Positions 45,680 to 59,929 of a stretch of DNA of 64,000 nt are shown piece by piece (the stretch's first letter is position 1; the number at the start of each line of letters is the position of its first letter). This DNA comes from Lepidodermella squamata (lineage: Eukaryota; Animalia; Gastrotricha), in contig JBLDXI010000031.1 in the NCBI GenBank assembly GCA_047495785.1, forward strand, positions 558,001-622,000. Direction: 5' to 3'. A program made the translations under genes and the position numbers. A model generated the notes under the pieces. It saw only the letters and a program-made list of their open reading frames with translations, was not told the origin of the DNA and did no database searches.

Positions 45680-48133
45680 CTATTGTCCTTTGATGTAGAA
45701 GGACAGTTCGTTACCAGCCGGTGACAGTTCGCAACCAGGTGAGCGCAGAACGCAAGTCATGGCCTCGCTGTTGTAGTTGAAGCCGTAACAGTTCGGGCTA
45801 TCAGTGCACAAGAACATGCAGTCCAACAACTTCTCGCCAGAGCCAATAGGAGTGCTGGTTCCGCCAGCGCAACGCTGCTTCTCCTTGATTACAAAGTTGG
45901 CCGTAGTCCTCGTACTGCCTCCAGCTTAAAGCAGGCGCAAAACGGTATTATTCAAAATCTAAGAATGTTATGAGAAATCTTCTTACCTGGTTTCAGAGTG
46001 GTTGCAGAGGGAGCAGGCGCCATAGTTGCTGGTGGTGGTCTAGGGGCTGCGGGTTCAGAAAGGGGATACGGATTAGGTCCTCCAGCTGGTGGGGCGTTGG
46101 GGGCACCGGGTGGTGGTGGCGGTGAGTCTCTAGCCGCAGCGAGACGGCTTTCAATGTAGTACCAAGATGAGCTGTCTTGGCTCCTTTCAGCGCATTTCCA
46201 CATAACAAGGCTGCAAGAGTCATCGGCCTGGTTGTAGTTGAAGCCAACGCAGCCGGCCTGATCAGTGCAAGCGACCATGCATTGATTCTTAGTGTTGATC
46301 CTAGTCATGCCAGGGATTGGATTCCTCACTTGGCACGAAATTCCGGTCTTGATCAAGAAATACGCGGTGGTTGAGCTGCCAGAGGGAGCAGGCGCCCTAG
46401 TCGCAGGAGCCACAGTTGCTGGTGCCATCTGTTGTTGTTGTTGGTCCGCCTGTGACTTCCTGTGGAATGTAACTCCGTTTTCGGTCGTCTCAGTGCAACC
46501 AGACCTAGCAACGCAAGATCCATCCCCGTTAACATTGACGCCAAGGCACGCTGGGTCAGCATCACAAAAGACTTTACACTCAGCAAGGGCAGAAGCAGGA
46601 ACTCCGACCCTGCTACCACCCCCGCAACGTTTTTCATTGACGATGACATAGCCAGACGAGGGAGCCGGGCGAGGCATTGGTGGCCCAACTGGTCCAGGGC
46701 CTGCGGGGCTTGGGCCTGGTGCTGGGCGAGGCATTGGTGGTCCAACTGGCCCAGGCCCAGCAGGGCTTGGGCCTGGGGCTGGGCCAGTTCTTCGCTCAGG
46801 AATGTAGTAGAAGGACACGTCATCGCTTGCAGCAGAGAACTCTTGGCATGGTCCAAGCGACAAAGTGCATGTATCTGTCGATTTCACGTAGAGGAAGCCC
46901 TGACACTGCTTGTTATCCGTGCAAATGAACATGCAGTTGTTGAGGGTCTTGGCCGAATTCGGACCTTGGGTAGCTGGAATGAGGCAATCAGTGCTTGCCC
47001 GGATTCTGAATGTTGCGGTGGTCACTGTAACTGGGGGTGCAACTGTCGTGCCGGCAGCAAGTGGGGCAGCACTAGGCAACGGAGGGCTGGTTTTCGCCTT
47101 TTTACGCTGGTAAGTCGTTCCCGGTTCGGTTGCTTCTGTGCAGCCAGCTCTAGCGACGCAGGAACCATCGCCGTTGACATTGATGCCGAGACAAGTGGCA
47201 TCGGCATCGCAAAATGTTTTGCATTCCGCGAAAGTAGAGGCGGGGGTGCCAACTCTTGATCCACCGCCGCAACGAGTGTCGCTAACAATCACGTAGCTGA
47301 TCGCGTTATCCGAGGCAGGTGGAGGCCTGGGAGCTGGTGGCATCGAGGGAGGGATTACATTGGGTCCTCCGGCTGGCGGGGCGTTCGGGGCACCTGGTGG
47401 TGGTGGCGGTGGGTCTCTAGCCGCAGCGAGACGGCTTTCGATGTAGTACCAAGACGAGCCGTCCTGGTTCCTCTCAGCGCATTTCCACATGATAAGACTG
47501 CAAGAATCATCAGCCTGGTTGTAGTTGAACCCAACACAGCTTGGCTGATCGGTGCAAGCGACCATGCACTGATTCTTCGTCTTGATGTAAGTTGCTCCGA
47601 GGATCGCAGCCTGCACCTGGCAAGTTTTGCCATCCTTGATAAGGAAATAGGCGGTAGTAGCGGTGTTAGGCATTGATGGAGCCTTCGTCGGGGCGGGTTG
47701 CGGGGCTCCGATCGGAGCAGCTCGTTTGCGGTAGTAAATCGCCCCAGGATCTCCGGACGTAGTGCAGCCGGAGCGAGCTGCACAGGTACCATCGCTGTTC
47801 ACGTTGTAGCCGAGGCAGGCTGGCGAGGCATCGCAGAAAGCTTTGCATTCATCACCGCTAGCAACAGTCCCGACTCGATCTCCTCCACTGCATCGCTGGC
47901 CGGTGAGTTGTTCATAGCTAGACTGGGCGGCTGAAAGATGAAATTAGGCTATTTATCAATATTTAGAAAGGGTAGAAACCAAGCTTTTTGCTTAATTGCA
48001 TTTCAAGTACTTTTCATTTTTAGGGTTGATTTAAATTTGCTGAAATTCTACAAAACTTGTGATCGGAATGAAATGTATTACCTGCAAGCAGAAGGTGCCC
48101 TGCTAGAACGGCGCCTAAAAGTAATTTTGTCAT
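45680..48133 (-). CDS. Secreted PAN/Apple-like repeat protein C (7 modules, Pro-rich linkers; exons 48133-48082, 47930-45987, 45924-45680)
   Basis: Signal exon MTKLLLGAVLAGHLLLA; phase-1 introns; last exon RCAGGTSTPIG..DCMFLC..NCYGFNY..TCVLRSPGC. Confidence 0.85.
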
Positions 48134-48385
48134 AGTTTTTCGAGATGGAAAAAACGCGAACTGACGACTCGCCGTCGCAGAATCTCCTTCTGTTTCACCG
48201 GCATTTTTTCATGCTGCCGACCCACATGGCGTATCAATCAAGCCTTAGGCTATTTACATCACTGTTATTAGTGGCGAGCGTGCGTAGTTTTTCTTCTCTC
48301 ATCTTTATTCTTACGAGTCAAGTGAAGGCTTATGTTATTAATGAAAAAAGCAAAAAAACTTTGTTATTCTCTCCGGTGTTAAGCG

Positions 48386-50629
48386 CTAGCCACTGCGTTT
48401 TATCTTGTAGAATGACGTTGAGGCAAAATTTGACTCAAAACAGCCGCGAGAACGCAACTGACAGTCCTGAGCCGATTCGCCGAAATTGAAGCCGTAGCAC
48501 CGCGTGTCAGCAATACACCTATCCTGGCACGTTTCGAGCCCAGAAAATGTGGCCAGTACGATGCTGAACCCTTCGACACACCTCTTATTAGCCACTTTAA
48601 CAAAACTCGCAGATGTCGACGCCGTAGTCGGCCGAGTTGTAGTCCTCATCGCAGGGATAAGGTCTATTTCAATAAGAGGAGGCTCAGGAATATCAGCTGG
48701 TGAAGCTTTGATGTAAACAACGAATACAGAACTCTCATCCTCAACACAGCCAGCAGATCTCATGCCACAGGTGTTATCTTTCGTGCTCAAATTGATGTAA
48801 GCACAATCAGGATTTCGCATGCAGATCGCCTTACACATTTGAAGGCTGTTTTGAACCTCATCGACCTTACTAGACCTCCCACCAGCACAACGTGTGTTCG
48901 TTTTGATCAAATAACCATCTTCAAATGAAATCGATGGGATTAAACGCTTTGGTGTCGTTGTGGTAGTTTGAGTAACTCTGTTAGTTGATGACCGGATCGT
49001 AGGGTTCCATTCTGTAGCAGCAGTAATAATTCGAGTTCTCATGGTAGTGGTTAAGGTGGCTGTAGGTCTGGGCCTTTCAGATGTTGTAGTGGTGGTTGAA
49101 GTAATAGGTCTTGAAGTCGATGGTTCTGTTTTCGTAGTGGTCGAACCAGCCCTGGTTGTAGTCGTAACTGTTGTTGGAGATGTTTCAGAGGTTCTGTTAG
49201 AGTAGGTCAGAGCCTTTTTCCTATAGAGTAGAGCTCCATCAGTATCAGCCTCGATCTTACAAGACGTTGTTCTCATAACGCAGGATCTCAGTTGAGGATA
49301 TACGGTAAAACCCTGGCACATTGGGTTCAGGTCACAGATCTGAGCGCATTGAATTGTGACCCTCTGAGGGATGTTGATCTGGGTTGAGACATCGCCATTG
49401 CACGCGAAATTCGAGGCAACTCGATACGCGGGTAGAACAATACTTTCCTCCCATTTGATTTGGCTGACCAATGGATCTTGAAAGCTCATTTCGGATTTAA
49501 CAGTTGTAATCCTCGTTGGCCTTTCAGTTGTAGATGGGGTAGTCGTGGATGGTGAGTTATTCTGAGACTTCTTCCTGTAAAGAGTTGTGCCATTTTGGTC
49601 ACTGATAATGCATCCCAAGCTTATGGCAACACAAAGCCTTGTATCTCGCCTCCAATTGAATCCAAAGCAGTTTGATCGAGATTCGCAATAGTCGACACAC
49701 TGGCCAAGGTTCATGCTAGGACCTATGGCCTCACTAGAACCATTAGCGCAAATTTTGCCGAGATTGACCTCGTAATTGTTGATAACTTCACCAAAATCGC
49801 GCCTTGTTGTTGAAGTTGCAGTGGGCTCAAAAGGCTTCGCGTAGAAAGCGTAGCGGAAATCTTGCTCGAAACTGCAACCGGCTGTGACTAAAGTACATTG
49901 CTGAGTGTTAACGTTGAGATTATAGCCGACGCAGGTATCTTCCTCGTCGCAGAGGGATGAGCATAGCTGGCGAGAACTCAGTTCTTCGCCTATTTTCTTT
50001 GTTGATAACTCCGCGCATTTGAGGTTGCTTTGAAGGAGGTAGATTCCTTTCCCATTAAAAACAGAGTCCGTTGGTTCACTGGGCTGCTGAGCCGTTCTCG
50101 GAGGCAGGGTGTTGGTGGACGATGGTGTAGTAAGTCGTGACGTGGTCCTAGTTCGAATTGTTGTTGAAATTCCGGCTGTCGTAGTTGGAGAGTTAGTCGT
50201 GGCAGGTGTTTTCGTTGTAGTTATTGTAGAGGGACGAACAGTAACAGGCGAGTTTGTAGTTCTCGCAGTTACATTAGAGCCAAGTGTGGTTGGCCTCTTG
50301 TAGAAATCGACCTCTGGATTGGTCTCGAAAATGCATCCAACCGAGCGTATCGCGCAATTTGTCTGCAAGGTATCCGCCCTTTGCGACCAGTTGAAGCCAA
50401 AGCAATCCGGGCTTTTGTTACACAAGTCCACACATTCATCAAATTTGCTCAAATTGGGCCCAATTTTTGTACTGGTCCCGCCGAAACATCGCTTCCTGGA
50501 CATGAGTTCATACTCAGGTGTTTGACATTTCGCTGGAAATTTTTCAGAAATTCTGTGATCTCTATTTGTAATTGTTCAATTTTTACCTGTAGCGAGGAAG
50601 ACAAGAGTTAAGGTTAAGAATCGCGCCAT
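48386..50629 (-). CDS. Secreted PAN/Apple-like repeat mucin D (6 modules; exons 50629-50587, 50532-48386)
   Basis: Signal MARFLTLTLVFLAT; phase-1 intron; T-rich linkers. Confidence 0.85.
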
Positions 50630-50897
50630 ATTTCCTGGTTTGAAGTGTTATTAACTGGCTAAACATGGTGTTTCAGCTGGCGCAGGTGAGCGGGAGATAA
50701 TGAGTGGCGTAGGACAGGTCATAAAACAAAGGCTCCCTCAACCTATGCTCCCGTCAGCCTTCAATCCATTTGACCATCACGTATCAGAGCAAAAAAGTCG
50801 TCAAGAAGCGTCAAGAATTAGTAAATCAGTTTATTTATTCACCGTTATACATGGATTAAACGTCAAGTCTGAGGTATTAAGAGGTGATGACTATCAT

Positions 50898-53800
50898 TTA
50901 ATTTGCGCCAGGCCTTCTTATACGGTAGAAGATCATGCTTTGTTTAGCTGGGCTGGTTACGCATCCAGCACTCCTAAGGCCACATTCCTCTGTTACAGTC
51001 GAGTAATTGAAGCCGTAACAGTCATCGTTGTATATACAGGCATTTCGGCAGGATTCGATACCTTTGGTCATAGTAAGCAACTCGCCTGTACCATCTACAC
51101 AACGGGTCGCATAGAATTCGTCAAACCTTACGACGTCATCGCTCACAGGAGGCCTCGTCCTTCTCAAGCGGCCAGGGCCCCTTCGAATCGGCGGGTTCGA
51201 TGTAGTAGTCGTGGTAGTTGTAGTAGTCGGAGTCCTTTGAATAATCGATTTCGGCTTTACGTATGAATTGTACAAGTTGGTGCTTTCTTCCGTACAGCTT
51301 GAAGTTCGCATAACGCACAACCCATTTACCTTGTTAACATTAACAACGTAACATTCTGGTGTCACGGCGCATTGAGACTTGCAGCTCTCGGCATCGGATA
51401 GGATATCCCCGATTCTATCTCCCTTTCCGCCATTACAACGGGAATCGGGCTTGAAAGTGTACACGGAATCGAACATAGAGGGGGCTGTGGTAGTTGTGGA
51501 GGTCGTCCTTGTCCTTCGAAGCCGAGTTTGAGGAGCTTCTGTGGTCAAAGTAGTAGTGGTTGGGGTAGTAGTGGTTGTAGTAGGAATTGTGGTTGTAGTA
51601 GTAGTTGATGGTCGTCTTGTTGTGGAAGTTGTGGTCCTTCTCGTTGTGGTAGTTGGAGGTAGCGTAGTTGTAGTCGTGGTCGTAGTTGTTGGAGGTAATG
51701 TAGTTGTAGTTGTGGTTGTAGTAGTGGTAGTTGTTGTTCTCGGTTTTGGGGATGGTTTCACAGTAGTTGTGGTCGTAGTCGTAGCTTCAGTGGTAGAAGT
51801 TGAAGTTACACTGTCATAGTCATACTCAGACAATGGCGCGTAAGTCGACAGCATTGTCCTCGTTGTAGTAGTAGTAGTAGTAGTAGTAGTTCTTGTCGTT
51901 GGTTTTGTTGATGGTTTCACAGTAGTTGGAGTCGTTGTCGTAGCATCAGTTGTAGATGTTGAAGTACTGTCATAGTCATACTCAGAGAACGGTGCGTAAG
52001 TCGACAAAACTGTCACCAAATCCAAACGCTCATCTTTTGTCTTGGAAATGACATCCATAGCAACAGAAGATCTCCAAGATTTCGAGGTCTTCTCGTACCA
52101 AATTGTCGAAGCATCCTGTTCCAAGACACAACCACTTGTTCTCGCAATGCATTGTCTATCTCTCGATCTCCAGTTAATTCCAAAACAATCGCTAGATTTA
52201 TCGCAAACCGAGAAACATTTGTCCAAATCGTCGATCACATCCCCAATTCTTGAGCTGGTTCCACCGATACAAGTGGTGCTAGGCTTACGGCTGTAAGTCG
52301 CAGCTTCATCAATTTCGTTCTGAGACGTCGTAGTCTTCATTCCTTTCGATAGCGTACGATTCGGCCTGAGGTAGAATGAGGACAGCCCGAACCGCTCGAG
52401 TTGGCAGTCTGATGTTGCGTAACACCCACCCTCGACTGCATCCCAATTGTAACCAACACATTCCGGATATCTCTCGCAATCCTTCGTGCAATTTTCCTCC
52501 GTATTATGTGGCGAGCCCAAAAATTCTCCTCCAATGCAAATCATACCGAATTTGAGCTCGTAATCAACAACCGGAGCAAAAGTTGGCGCCGGGGTTGTTG
52601 TGGTAGAAAGTTGCTGTACCACCTCGGTTTCATTGTAAGTCTCAGAGGCGTTGTTAGTTCTGACCAGCAGAATCGAAGTGAGGTCGGCGGATAACTTGCA
52701 GCCAAAGGAACGAGCCGTGCATTGGTTCAACATCGGAACCCAATTAATGCCGTAACAATCGCGAGTTTGCTCGCAAATTTCCTTACAACGCGTGAGATTT
52801 GTCTGAGTTTCGTCGATACTTGCGCCGATTCCTCCGAAACATTTGAGTCTAAGGTATGTCTGGTAGCCGAACTGTGGTTTAGGCGGTAGTGTTGGCGCAG
52901 CGGTTGTAGTCCAAGGATCGATAGTTTGATTTTCTTTACCAGGTTTGATGTATAAAACGTAATCTTCCATGCCATCGAATAAGGTACAGTCCCGAGTCAT
53001 AGCTTGACAACGGGAAGAATCTAAATGCCAGTTGAAGCCGATACAGTCACTTCTTGCGTTGCAGATATCAATGCATTCATTCACGCTGACTTGATAGTCG
53101 AAAATACGTCGAGATTGACCACCGGTGCACCGAACTGCAAGTTGAAGAGTGTAGTCCCTTACGATGGTTGTAACAATTTTTCTCCTTCCGACAACAACAG
53201 TTTCGTTCGTAAAGTTTGGTAGAGATGTTGTCATAGCTGTTGTGGTAGGTATTGCGGTTGTTGTAGCATTTGTCGCCGGAAGTTTCAATGGCACAATGGT
53301 TCGAAAACTCTGAGTAGTATTCACAAAGGTCATAGCTTTCTTCCTGTAGAGAAGAGCTCCATCATTTGAGCTTTCCTCGATCGTACAGTTGACCCTTCGA
53401 ACAATGCACTGCCGGGATCGAGGGTAGACAGTGAAGCCTTGGCAAACTCCAGCGGGTTGACTTTCACAAATTTCTGCGCATTGCATTGTATTTCTTTGCG
53501 TGGCGCCAATTTGAGTTGATAGATCCCCATTGCAGGCCCAGTTGTTAGCTACTCGATAGTTAGGAAGGACAACGCTAGATCCCCAATTGATGCGACTGAC
53601 GATCAAATCCTGTGGTGATAACTGGTTGATCATTTCGGAATTATCACCCTTCTTCTTGTAGAAAATCGAAGAATAATCTCGAACTTCCTCACAACCAGCG
53701 AGTACGGCAACGCAAGTTCCTAATGATTGAAGCCAGTTATATCCAATGCAGTCCATCCTCGTATCGCAAATATTTCTGCAGTATTCAGGCGAAGATCCCG

Positions 53801-54855
53801 AGTCCAATTTAGTATTCGCATCCGTAACACATTTCTTCCCAACAACCGCCATGTAAGGTGAAGGTTCAGGCGTCATTTCGAGCAAATCATCGACTTTCAG
53901 TGTCGTGCTAACTGTTGTTGTCGACACGTAAATTTGCGCAATTTTTCGATGAAAAGCCATCCCGTTCTCTTGGAAAATCGTGCAACCTTTAGTTACTGGG
54001 ATACATTGGCCGTCGCTTAGATCCAAATTAATCCCGAAGCAGTCGATATTTGGCTCGCAAACTTCGATGCATTTATCTAAATTCGGTTGAATATCGCCAA
54101 TAGCTCGCGAATCCCCACCATCGCACCTCAGCCCAAGATTTGTTTGATAATTCAACCTCGGGTCGATTTTTTTGGTGGTAGTAGTCGGAGTTGTCATTTG
54201 AAGTATCTTCGACAAAACTTCAGGCCGGCGGTAGAAAACGTATTTCGGATTCTCTTCCAGGACGCAAACTCCAGATATTGCGACGCAGTGCGAGTTGGCC
54301 AAATGCCAGTTGAAGCCGTAACAGTTCACCAGGGAGTTGCAGTAATTCCGGCAGTCATCAACGGAATCCTTGAGATCACCCGTTTTCTTGCTAGTACCAT
54401 TCGAGCATCGGTAACCAAGTTTCCGCTCGTACTTCATCTCGCTTTGGGTAAGATTCGCGTTGTTTAACGAATTCCATTGAATTAAAATCTCCGGTGCTTC
54501 CTCGTCTTGACCCTCCTGGAATAAAGGCTCAGGGTCTTCCTGTTTTCGGAAGAAGATGAATTCGTTGTTGTTGCGGACTTCGCAGCCGATTGATCGAGCA
54601 ACACATTCGCCTATTTCAGGCTGGTAGTTGTAGCCACAACAAATAGGGGAATTTTCGCAAATTTCCCGACATTGCTCCAGAGAGCTTTGAATACCGCCAA
54701 TAGCTTCACCACCACCGCTACATCGCCGGTTAAATTCTTGGATGAACTCTAACGATAGGGCTGGACCTGAAAAAAAAATTTTTAACGGGTAAATATGTTT
54801 TCCGGGACAGTTTACCTATCGATATTGAGATTAAAGCAAGCCGTAGTAGAATCAT
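50898..54855 (-). CDS. Secreted PAN/Apple-like repeat mucin E (11 modules, about 1300 aa; exons 54855-54816, 54766-50898)
   Basis: Signal exon; frame open from 54766 into ORF 54437; long poly-Thr mucin tract. Confidence 0.85.
51480..52010 (-). repeat. Coding (ACN)n Thr-rich low-complexity tract with duplicated LSTYAP(F/L)SEYDYDS unit
   Basis: (gta/gtt/gtg)n on the plus strand; pure (gta)n at about 51866-51889. Confidence 0.85.
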
Positions 54856-55155
54856 TTTTATCTTTTTTGAAATCACGAGCAAGCTGTCATAAACAATGTG
54901 GCACCAATGCTTCAGCGTAAGTCATTAAACCTGTCATATCTTAACACGAAACTTGGCATCGGCACGGCTGTAATCGCTGTCATCTCTAACCTGCCAAAAA
55001 CAACAACGATTATAAAGTCATGAAAAGCTGCGAGATGATGGTCATTAGCGATGGCTTTATTATCGCGATCATTAACGAGTGTCAGATTACGCGGCTCAGA
55101 ACACGAGTTTTTTGCCAAGAAGCTGTCACCAACGACAAGGCGTGATTTATTGCAC

Positions 55156-57724
55156 CTAGCTGCGATTAATCTTGTAGAACATCAAGCCGGTGGTGCCGGT
55201 GTACATTTCGCAGCCAGCGGAGCGTAATCCGCACTCCTCTGACCCGGCGGCCATGTTGAAGCCGTAGCAAAGTGCGGTAGCCACGCACTGGGCTGAGCAA
55301 GCCGCGAGACCCTGGTTTCGCCCAACCAACCGGCTTGTACCCCCTGCGCACCGTGACTCGACATAAGCTGTGAAATTGCCTATAGGCTTCCGCTCCGCAT
55401 CAAAATCTTCGACGTTAGAGCCAATATTAGGTCTCGAGTTCAACTGAATGGCCTAATCAAAAGTAACAAAGGTTAAAAGATGGGCAAAATACGACATTTC
55501 TCCCGGTTTAGTAGGAAAGTTCAATTTTGAACAGCTCATAACTAATCAGAATACTTACCTTCATATATACGTCAAAGTCTTTGCTAGGTACCTCCTCGCA
55601 GCCGAAAGTCCGCATGGAACAGGATTGATTCGCCGTTCTCACATTTACCGCATAACACCTCGGGTTCTCGAAACAGGCATGCCTACACTCCACAGGATCG
55701 ACGACTGCCGAAATTATCTTCTTTGAAGTCCCCGCAGCACATACAACATTCCGCTTCAGAATGAACCTGGGTCCCATTGCCGCGGTTGAAGTAGCAAATG
55801 GTACAGAGCTCGAGGTTTTGGCTTTGGTAAAACCATTCCTTGTACGCTGCTCAAATTTTGTAGAAGCAAAAGGTTTTCCCACTGTAACTGCTTGCGTTGA
55901 AAGTTCGACAGCTTGAGGCTCCGGTTTAATCATAGATTTCACTCGATATAGCAAAGCCCCCTCTCTGCTCGCTTCGATGGTACAGTCCGCAGTTCTCACA
56001 ACGCAGAACCTTTTCGCTGGATACACCGTGAATCCTTGGCAGACCCCAGGAAACTGCCGATCACATACATCCGCGCATTCCAGCGTATTCCTCCTCGGAA
56101 CGCCAATTTGAGTCGCTGATTCGCCGTTGCAAGCGTAACCTGTTGCCACCCGGTAGTGGGGAAGTACAATACTCTCCTGCCAGTTAATTTTAGCGATAAT
56201 TGGGTCGAATTGCCTTATTGATTGCTTCTGCGGCTCTGGGTTGACCAATTTCTTGTAGAAGACTGAATAAGGATCGTTCTCCTCAGCGCAACCTATCGAA
56301 CGAGCTGAGCAAACACTTTCTATTTGATTCCATTGGAAACCAACGCAGTCGAGCCGAGAGTTGCATAAGGCTAGACAGAACATCGTACTAGTCCCTGAAT
56401 CTCCAATTTTCCCGCCAGAACATTTCTTCCCAGTAATAGCCGAGTAGCTGAGGGCCTTCTTCGGCAAAGGAGTTGTAGTTGCTTCAGTTTGACCATCCTC
56501 TGAGAATGGTGTGACTGCTCCGTAATTATGACTGACTTTCCGAAATAAAACCGTTTGCGCCTCTTCAGTTACGAAACACCCTTTCGTCTTAGCGACGCAA
56601 ATGTTTGACGTGGAATTCCAATTTACGCCGAAGCAATCTTGCCGAGATTCGCAGATGTTGATGCAAACCATGAAGTCAGTCTGATTTTGCCCGATAGATC
56701 GACCATTCCCGCCGTAGCAATGAAGACCTGTTAACCGGTGGTAATTCTTAAGAGGATCCGACCATTCCTGCCTCGTCGAGATTATAGGCTCATCTGTTGA
56801 GATCGCCATATCAATGTTAGGGGATGGAATTTCTTCAGGTCTACGGTAGTGAATATAAGCGGAATCTTCATCGAGGTCGCAGCTAACAGATACAGCCCAG
56901 CAAGTCCGTTTCTCAGTGTTCCAATTAACGCCAAAACAATCAGCTCTTGAATTGCATTTTTCAAAGCAATCCCGCAAATGTCCAGATTCTAAGAAATTTT
57001 CAGAGTTGCCCTTCGAGCAGCGGAATCCTTTCACAGCCTTGTAACTTTGACCAAAAGTTGCGATTGCTTTTTCCACTTCGATTTCATATTCAGGTCTTGG
57101 AGTCGATGGCCTCAGTATGTGAACAGGCTCTTCAGTTTGTCTTGTATAATCCTCTGTTGATTTGGGTTTCCGGTAAAACACCGCACTTTCTCTGAATCCC
57201 ATTTCACAGCCTGCGGCTTTAGTAACGCAAGTGTGAGTATCAAGGCTCCAATTCACACCGGCACAGTTCTTATCCTCATCGCATTGGTCAATACAGATTG
57301 ACAGAGCTTCTTGAGGTGCTTCGCTGTTTCCTCCATTACAATGAACTCCTTCGATCAGTATGTACTTCATAGGCTCAGGTGTTGTAGTACTAGGTTTTCG
57401 GTACAGAATGAAATCGCCGTCGGTTAAAATATCGCAGCCATAAGTTCGAGCGGTGCATTCGCCCGTGTCGTAGTTCATGTTAACTCCAACGCATGATGGA
57501 TTGTTTTCACAGATGGCGAGGCACTTGTTTAGGTCATTCGCCTTCTCGCCAACCAGTTGGCTCATGCCCTCGATACATTCGCTCCCAGATTCACTTTGGC
57601 ACCCTAAAACAATCAAAATTAGCTATGAAATGATTTGGAAAATTCGGGAATATTTAAAAGAAATTAATCTTCACTCACCCACTCCTGTGAAGCATCCAAG
57701 CCAAATAATGAGTGCAAGGCGCAT
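55156..57724 (-). CDS. Secreted PAN/Apple-like repeat protein F (8 modules; exons 57724-57679, 57603-55559, 55452-55156)
   Basis: Signal MRLALIIWLGCFTGV; GT-AG introns join ORFs 55508-57616 and 55156-55443. Confidence 0.85.
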
Positions 57725-57907
57725 GTTGAAGTAAATGATACTCCTGCCAGTTCACATTGCTTGCAGATTCAAATCTAAGCTCAATGTTACAAACTCGTAA
57801 TGACACAATGCCCGGTAGTTATGCAAAACAATACTCTTTTTTATTCCGTTCCTCTTCTATAGCCTTTACTCATGATACTATCATTACAAAACAATACGAG
57901 CCTTAAG

Positions 57908-59613
57908 TTATGTTGTTCGCTTTACGTAAAAAGTAGTTTTAACCGTGTCTAAATTGGTATACATAACACAGCCGGTAGTTCGAAGGGCACATTCCTCACT
58001 ATCCCGGAGAAAGTTAAACCCGTAGCACTTTGAATTTCCAAGACAAGTCCTCGCACAATCTTGGAAGGTTTGCAACACTGCAATTGCTTTACTCGAACCT
58101 CCAGTGCATCGCGTACCTACTTTTTCGATAAAACGACTCGCATAGTTAAACGAAGCCCCAGCTGCTACGATTTCAGGCGAACTCTCGACAAATACAGTTA
58201 AAGGAGTTGTAGTAACTTTGAAATCTTGTTTACGGTAAAATGCGAAATATTGATCCGAAGCCTGTTCGCAGCCAGCAGTTCTAAGAGCACATATGCCATC
58301 GGTCAACTGAAGATTGAACCCGATGCAAGATTCTTCGGATAAGCAGAAATACGAGCAAATATCAACATCGGTTTGTATGTCGCCGATAGGCACTGAAGAG
58401 CCGCCGAAGCATTTCGTCCCTGAAACTAGGTCAAATTTCGAAATTTCACGGGCTGTAACCATCGACGCAAGTTTAGATGTAGTTGTATCCCAGATCGAAG
58501 TCACGGGAAAGGTTTCTTCGTTATCATCATCGTTAGAAGGGGCTGCTTCTGGATTTTGAAGATTCGGCAACTTTTTGAATGTCAGAGCCCCGCTCTTTTC
58601 AGCAATCAGCTTACATCTCTTGTTACGAACAACGCAATTTCTAGTCGTAGGAAACCAAGAGAACCCGAAACAGTCGTATCTAAGGTTGCAAACCTTCGCG
58701 CAGAATGTGAGATTGCCTTCCTTCGATTCGCCTATCCAGCTTATCGGGTCGTCGCTACAAGACACCCGTAATTTGGCGACGTAATTCGGGAATAATATGC
58801 TTTTCTCCCAAATATCATCTATCGGCTCGATAAATTTATCCTGAAGAGCGGCGTAAATATTTGGATTTGGCTTGACTTTCGTCGATTGAGTTAAAGTTTT
58901 TGATGTAGGTGGTATTGATTGAGCTGTTTTTCGATAAACTAAGCTCAACTCATCTGGAACCATAATGCAGCCGTGTTTTCTAAGAATGCAAAGCTGCTGA
59001 TGTTCGATCCAATTAAAACCGAAACATTCGGCATTTTCGTCGCAGATTTTCATGCAGGTCTCAAAATCTTGCTCAGCCTTACCAATTCTATTATCCGGCC
59101 CACCAGAACATCTCATAGCAGTCTCCACTATATAATTCGGATGAATTTGGTCCAACTCAGGCTTTGCGTGGAATAGCCCTTGGTCGTTCAAAATGGTTGG
59201 TACGACCTTGCGGTAGAAGACCGAGCCGTGAGATGCAGTTACCAAACAACCGATGGTCATTGCCAGGCATGATTCATCACTACGGCGCCAGTTGAAGCCA
59301 GCACAGTCGTGGCGAATGTCGCATAGAGCAGCGCATTGCCGGGCCGAACGTTGCGATTTTCCAATCACGCGGCTTGTTCCACCAGTGCATCGACGATCCT
59401 GAAAGGGGCGGTAGTTGCTTGGAGATCGATAATCCTCATAAGAGTCTGTCTGCGAAACTGAAAAATACCAAAAATGAGATTGACCTAAATGACAATGCAA
59501 GGCTATATCTGATTTTGAAATTGAATTTTTTGAAATTGTGAAATTTAGATTATTGGAGTTTTACCTGATAATTGCACCAAGGTGATTGTAAGGGAGAGTG
59601 CTAACAAGATCAT
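57908..59613 (-). CDS. Secreted PAN/Apple-like repeat protein G (5 modules; exons 59613-59565, 59457-57908)
   Basis: Signal MILLALSLTITLVQLS; phase-1 intron. Confidence 0.85.
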
Positions 59614-59929
59614 ACTCAAACTGGCTGTTCAATAAACGTTTGAAATTGCGGCGTAAATGTACGGCCAGGTGTGCAAAACAAACAGGCGGGCCATTTTGGT
59701 GCGCAGCTGGCCAGTCATTCTGCCCACAAATAGTTATTACTTATCACAGCACACCATGTTATTTGCAGAAAAAAGTCGCCACAAAGACCTGCCAATTATT
59801 TGTTTACATGAACGCCAAGAGTAAACCAAAGAAAAGCCTGGAAAAATACCGCAACTCAAATTTATTTTTCTTGAACTTTGAAAATAGAAATATCCTAAAA
59901 TAATGAAAGCGATTGGCTGAAATCAGTTT

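Noticed and set aside
46462-47259. 265-aa plus-strand ORF and similar overlapping ORFs
   Set aside because: Antisense to GC-rich coding repeats of gene C; no motifs.
51541-51819. Poly-Val ORF as a membrane protein
   Set aside because: Antisense shadow of the Thr-rich tract of PAN gene E.
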